Origin: an uncultured Chloroflexia bacterium
GTDB lineage: Bacteria > Chloroflexota > Limnocylindria > Limnocylindrales > CSP1-4
Direction: 5' to 3'
Assembly: GCA_963819655.1 (NCBI GenBank)
Contig: CAWFXA010000003.1
Coordinates: forward strand, 896,001 to 960,000
DNA length: 64,000 bases
Part shown: positions 59,969-64,000 of the stretch, piece by piece
Layout: each line of letters starts with the position of its first letter
Numbering within the stretch: position 1 is the stretch's first letter
The notes under the pieces: model-generated
Told to the model about the DNA's origin: nothing
The model's input: only the letters and a program-made list of their open reading frames with translations
The model's database searches: none
Program-made: the position numbers and the translations under genes

Positions 59969-60751
59969 TCAGGTTGGCGGCAGGAACCCGAACGACGACA
60001 GGATCGCCTGACCGTCAGCCCCTGCGAACCAGTCGAGGAATCCCTTCGCGGCATCCTGGTTCGGTGACGCCTTGACGACCACGCCTGCGTAAGTCGCCCG
60101 AACGTTGGCCGCGTCGGGGACATCGATCGTGCTGACCTTGGTCGAGACTGCGGCGTCCGTCAGGTAGACGATCCCGGCGTCGCCCTCGCCGAGCTCGATC
60201 TTGGCGACCACGGCTTTCACGTTGTCCTCCTGCGACACGATGTTGGCGGCGTAGGCAGCGGCAAAGCCAGGGGGATAGCCGGGATCGTTGGCGAGGTTGT
60301 CCACCAGCTGGGTGGCGTAGGCAGTGATCGGCACCGCGTCACCTGCCGCGATGACCTTCAGACCGCTGCGCGCGAGGTCGGCCGGGCTGTGCACACCCCC
60401 CGGGTTGTCGGCCGGCACGATGATCGTGAGCTCGTTGCCGGCGAAGTCGACAGGATCGCCGCTGGCGAACCCGCCATCGACCAGCTTCTTCGGGTTCGCT
60501 TCGTCGGCCGACAGGAAGACATCGGCGGGAGCTCCCTGCTCGATCTGCGTCTCGAGCGCCGTGGATGAATTGGTCGAAAGGGTCAGCGTGATCCCCGGGT
60601 GACTGGCCTCGTACGCCGGCTTCGCCTTCTCGAGGGCGCCCGTGAGGGACGCCGCGGCGAAGATGATCAGATCCGACGTTGAGGCCGCCGGTCTGGCCGA
60701 ACATCCGGCGAGCACGGCGACCGCGGCAAGCGCGCAAGCGATGGTGCGCAT
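59969..60751 (-). CDS. modA: Molybdate ABC transporter substrate-binding lipoprotein
   Basis: Lipobox LAGC, FAAASL, QIEQGAPADVFLSA, GEGDAGIVY.TD. Confidence 0.92.
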   Translation of the reverse strand: MRTIACALAAVAVLAGCSARPAASTSDLIIFAAASLTGALEKAKPAYEASHPGITLTLSTNSSTALETQIEQGAPADVFLSADEANPKKLVDGGFASGDPVDFAGNELTIIVPADNPGGVHSPADLARSGLKVIAAGDAVPITAYATQLVDNLANDPGYPPGFAAAYAANIVSQEDNVKAVVAKIELGEGDAGIVYLTDAAVSTKVSTIDVPDAANVRATYAGVVVKASPNQDAAKGFLDWFAGADGQAILSSFGFLPPT

Positions 60752-60827
60752 ACCAAGGAGTATCGGGCGGTTCGTGCCGCCGTGTCTAGGTGTCGTGGTC
60801 GCCGTACCTCAGTACGCGACGATCGAG

Positions 60828-62654
60828 TCAGCGCGAGAAGTCGAGTCCATCGATCGCGATCGTCGGGCGGCCCGGCGTCGCGAGATTCGTGATCGTGACG
60901 GTGTGCGCACCGGCGCTGAACCGAGTCGACACCAGCAGCACGCGGTCGTGGTACGAGGTCGCGCGCTGGCCCTGGTAGAACCCCGTGTCGACGATCGTCG
61001 ACACGCCATCGACCGTGACCTGAAGGCGCCCATACGCCGGCCCGGACCTGCCGACAAGGAAGAACCCGTCGCCGTCCGCCGTCGTGAGCGAGATCTCAGC
61101 GTCCTTGACGTTGGTCGTGGTGAGCGTCCCGCGATACGCCGCCGCGCTCGTTCGCCGCGTGGTGCCGTCGGAGAAGCTGAACGCACGATCGTCACGCGGC
61201 ACGATGACCCTGACCGAGCGCCAGTCGCTCCAGTTGCCGACCGCGTCACGGGCTCGCACGTCGAGTTCCCAGGTGCCGGTACCCAGCCGGAACGTCCCGA
61301 CCCGGGTCGTGAGCGTGGTGAGCGCGGAGGTCGTGCCGTCAGGCCGCTGGCGGGTCCGCCACTGGTATCGCGCGATGCCGATGTTGTCGGTCGCGGCCCA
61401 CGTCGCGGTGAACCTCCCGTCGACGGAGCGGACGACGGTCATGGAAGTCTTGAGCGAGGTCATCGTCGGGACCACCGCGTCGACCGACACCCGGCCATAT
61501 CGCCAGGTCGACCAGTTCCCCGCCGCATCCGATGCGCGGACCGCGATCGTCCAGCTGCCGGTCGTCAGTGTCAGGCTGTGGGAGCGCGACGTCGTCGCCT
61601 GGATCGCCGACCATGCGCCCGTGCCACGCCTGCTGCGGACCTGGTAGCCGGTGATGCCCAGGTTGTCCCTTGCGGTATAGCTCAGCGGTACCGAGGCGTC
61701 GCTCGCTGCCGGCACAGACAGGCCCGTCATGAGAGGCACCGCGTCGTCCGGCAGGATCCGCATCACGTTCGTGATATTGGTCAGGTAGCGCAGGTGGCGA
61801 TCGCTGCCCTCGACCGTCCCGAGCCAGTGCGCCGACGCCGAGCTCACTGTCGTGTAGCCCGAGCGGTGGTATCGATTGAGCAAGGACACGTACGCGCGGA
61901 CGCTGTCGAGCCAGGTCTTGTACTTGGCGTACGTATAGCCGTTGCCCGGCGCGTACGGCGTCGCGCCGAACTCGATCTCCCAGCTGTAGAAGAGGATGTT
62001 GCCCCAGTTCCTGGTGATGACTGCGTACCCGCGGGTGCCCGAGTGGCTCTCGGCGTGGAACGTGCCGAGGGCGAACGCGGGGTTCACGCCGCCGTTCACG
62101 AGGGTCCGGTAGATCGCTCGCCCCTCGGCGAGGGCTGGGGAACCGACCGCCCGCAGTCGATCGACGAAGGATGCCTCGGTGAGGGTCGGGCCGGCGAGGA
62201 TCTTGTCGCGGGCGTGCGGGTAGTTCGGCGGGGGCGGGCACAGAGATCGATCCAGGGTTGCTGCGGTCCCGACGGTTCGGTCGAGGGCGTCGGTCACCTG
62301 AGCCGTGACGCTCTGGGTCGTGATCGAGCAGTCGTTGGTCACGACGACCGCGACCGACGATGCCGAAGAGGTTCCCGAGGTGACGGTCGTGCCCCGGACG
62401 GCGACCGAATAGCGCCACGGCGGCTCGGCCCCGGACGCGGTGATCGTGACACGGATCTGGGCGCGGTTCGTGGTGGCGTTGTAGCTGATGCCGCTCTGCG
62501 CCATCGTCACGACGAGCGCCGGCGGACTCGGATCGGCGGCGGCCGCGGGCGCGATGAGCGTGAGGGCCATGAGAACAGCCACCAGACTCGCTCGAGTCGG
62601 CGCGGACGCGGCGCTGGGGCGGCCGTGACGGGGGTGCGACGGTCGGTCGGGCAT
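60828..62654 (-). CDS. Secreted glucosaminidase (GH73/lysozyme-like) with Ig/FN3-like and carbohydrate-binding-like domains
   Basis: Signal peptide; GVNPAFALG.F..ES..G...N.GNI...Y.TW.DS..AY; repeated VRA.DA.GNWS.W. Confidence 0.7.
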   Translation of the reverse strand: MPDRPSHPRHGRPSAASAPTRASLVAVLMALTLIAPAAAADPSPPALVVTMAQSGISYNATTNRAQIRVTITASGAEPPWRYSVAVRGTTVTSGTSSASSVAVVVTNDCSITTQSVTAQVTDALDRTVGTAATLDRSLCPPPPNYPHARDKILAGPTLTEASFVDRLRAVGSPALAEGRAIYRTLVNGGVNPAFALGTFHAESHSGTRGYAVITRNWGNILFYSWEIEFGATPYAPGNGYTYAKYKTWLDSVRAYVSLLNRYHRSGYTTVSSASAHWLGTVEGSDRHLRYLTNITNVMRILPDDAVPLMTGLSVPAASDASVPLSYTARDNLGITGYQVRSRRGTGAWSAIQATTSRSHSLTLTTGSWTIAVRASDAAGNWSTWRYGRVSVDAVVPTMTSLKTSMTVVRSVDGRFTATWAATDNIGIARYQWRTRQRPDGTTSALTTLTTRVGTFRLGTGTWELDVRARDAVGNWSDWRSVRVIVPRDDRAFSFSDGTTRRTSAAAYRGTLTTTNVKDAEISLTTADGDGFFLVGRSGPAYGRLQVTVDGVSTIVDTGFYQGQRATSYHDRVLLVSTRFSAGAHTVTITNLATPGRPTIAIDGLDFSR

Positions 62655-62820
62655 GAGGGCTCGTGACACGCCGGCGGTGCGATGGACCCTCGCCGGCAGC
62701 AGGGGTCTGGGTGCATGACCTTCGGGCCCATGGCGGCATCCGTCAAGCGCTCCCATCTTCGTCAGGTGACTGGTACGGAAGTCCGCTGGGGCATTGCCCT
62801 TCCCGGTTAGTCTCGTGGGC

Positions 62821-63252
62821 ATGGACGAGGGACGGGCGGCCGCGCAGGCGCACATCGAGTCGCTGGCGGAGCCGCGGCGTTCTCAGATGCAACGTCTGCA
62901 CGACGTCATCACCTTGGCGATCCCCGAGGCCGACGTGACGATGTGGGAGTACGGCGGGACGCTGATCGGCTACGGCTCATACGACTATTCGGACAGCAGG
63001 GGGCGACCGACCGGTCGCTGGTTCTCGGTCGGTCTCGCCAACCGCAAGGGTTACATCTCCCTGTTCTCGATGGGCCAGCGGGCCGGCGGCTACCTGGTCG
63101 AGGCCGTCCACGATCGCTTCCCCGGCACGAAGATCGGCCGAAGCTGCCTGAACATCACCAACCCCGAGTCGATCGACGACGACGCCGTCAGGGATCTCGC
63201 GCGCGAGACATGGGACCAGTACAAGGACGGGTTCCAGCGCCCCTCGGCCTAG
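62821..63252 (+). CDS. DUF1801/YdhG-like protein
   Basis: MW...IGYGSY.Y....GR...WF.VGLA.RK.YISL, GRSCL.I. Confidence 0.85.
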   Translation: MDEGRAAAQAHIESLAEPRRSQMQRLHDVITLAIPEADVTMWEYGGTLIGYGSYDYSDSRGRPTGRWFSVGLANRKGYISLFSMGQRAGGYLVEAVHDRFPGTKIGRSCLNITNPESIDDDAVRDLARETWDQYKDGFQRPSA

Positions 63253-63283
63253 CACGCCGTGTGGTGACGAGTAGGCTGTCGAG

Positions 63284-64000
63284 ATGACCGAGAAGAACGT
63301 CCACGATCCCGGTCCCGACGCCGCGGCGGCGACCTTCGACGGTTCGCCGGACGTGGCCGCGGAACCCCTCTCGGCACAGAACGGCGGCACGATCCGCATC
63401 GGGACGGCCTCCTGGACCGACCCGACGATGACCGCCGCCGGCGTCTTCTACCCGAAAGGTTCCGACAGCGCCGAGGAGCGGCTGCAGTACTACGCGTCGA
63501 AGTTCCCCCTGGTGGAGGTCGACGCGACCTACTACTCGCTGCCGGTTCGCCGGACCTCCGAGCTGTGGGTCGAGCGCACGCCGCCCGACTTCACGTTCGA
63601 CATCAAGGCACACGCGCTGATGACCGGTCAGCCGACCGAGACGAAGCGGCTCCCGAAAGGCCTGCGCGAGGCGCTCCCGGGCGAGGTCGCCGAGAAGAGC
63701 CGCATCTACGCCAAAGACCTGCCGGACGACGTCAAGGACGATGTCTGGGCGTGGTTCGCCGACGGCCTGGAGCCGCTCGCAGAGGCCGGCCAGCTCGGGT
63801 CGATCCTGCTGCAGTATCCACGCTGGTTCTTCACCTCATCGGAGAACCGCGACACGATCGAGGAGGCCGTCGACCGACTCCGCAAGGTCGGCATGACGCC
63901 GGCCGTCGAGTTCCGTAACGCGACGTGGTTCAACGAGAAGAACATCGAGCGCACGCTGAAGTTCCTGGGTGACCGGCAGATCCCGCTCGTCATGATCGAC
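63284..64000 (+). CDS. DUF72 (YecE-like) protein, truncated by window end
   Basis: Manual translation: IRIGTASWTD, RLQYYA..FPLVEVDATYY, W.ERTP..F.F.IKA, LLQYP.WF, VEFRN. Confidence 0.9.
   Translation, partial: MTEKNVHDPGPDAAAATFDGSPDVAAEPLSAQNGGTIRIGTASWTDPTMTAAGVFYPKGSDSAEERLQYYASKFPLVEVDATYYSLPVRRTSELWVERTPPDFTFDIKAHALMTGQPTETKRLPKGLREALPGEVAEKSRIYAKDLPDDVKDDVWAWFADGLEPLAEAGQLGSILLQYPRWFFTSSENRDTIEEAVDRLRKVGMTPAVEFRNATWFNEKNIERTLKFLGDRQIPLVMID

Overview
High-GC bacterial chromosome segment, most likely Chloroflexota (Limnocylindria/Ellin6529-like, inferred from gene families). From left to right: a minus-strand dcw cluster (mraZ-rsmH-small ORF-ftsL-ftsI-murF-mraY-murD-ftsW-murG-murB-ddl-ftsQ-sbp-ftsA-yjbQ-ftsZ-yggS, without murE or murC); a structured intergenic RNA candidate; a LysM protein; RNase P RNA; icd plus a mycobacterial Sdh1-type sdh operon with RNase HI; an ECF sigma/beta-propeller pair; sucCD; a propionyl-CoA carboxylase/methylmalonyl-CoA mutase/epimerase operon; parAB; accessory genes next to tRNA-Asn; dnaG-rpoD; modA; a secreted glucosaminidase-like protein; DUF1801; DUF72. 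Top finding: a probable ParAB system with a non-canonical centromere. An 18-bp palindrome, YGTCTTTGCGCAAAGACR, occurs four times within 4.6 kb of parAB, once inside parB. The ParB carries K-R-D-S at the four specificity positions that are R-T-A-G in parS-binding ParB, and DnaA boxes lie upstream of parA. Other notable items: ~62-bp periodic palindrome arrays (one beside an HTH-nuclease-like gene), a barstar-epimerase in-frame fusion, many leaderless genes, and two genes lacking canonical start codons. All calls are by eye; no database search was run.
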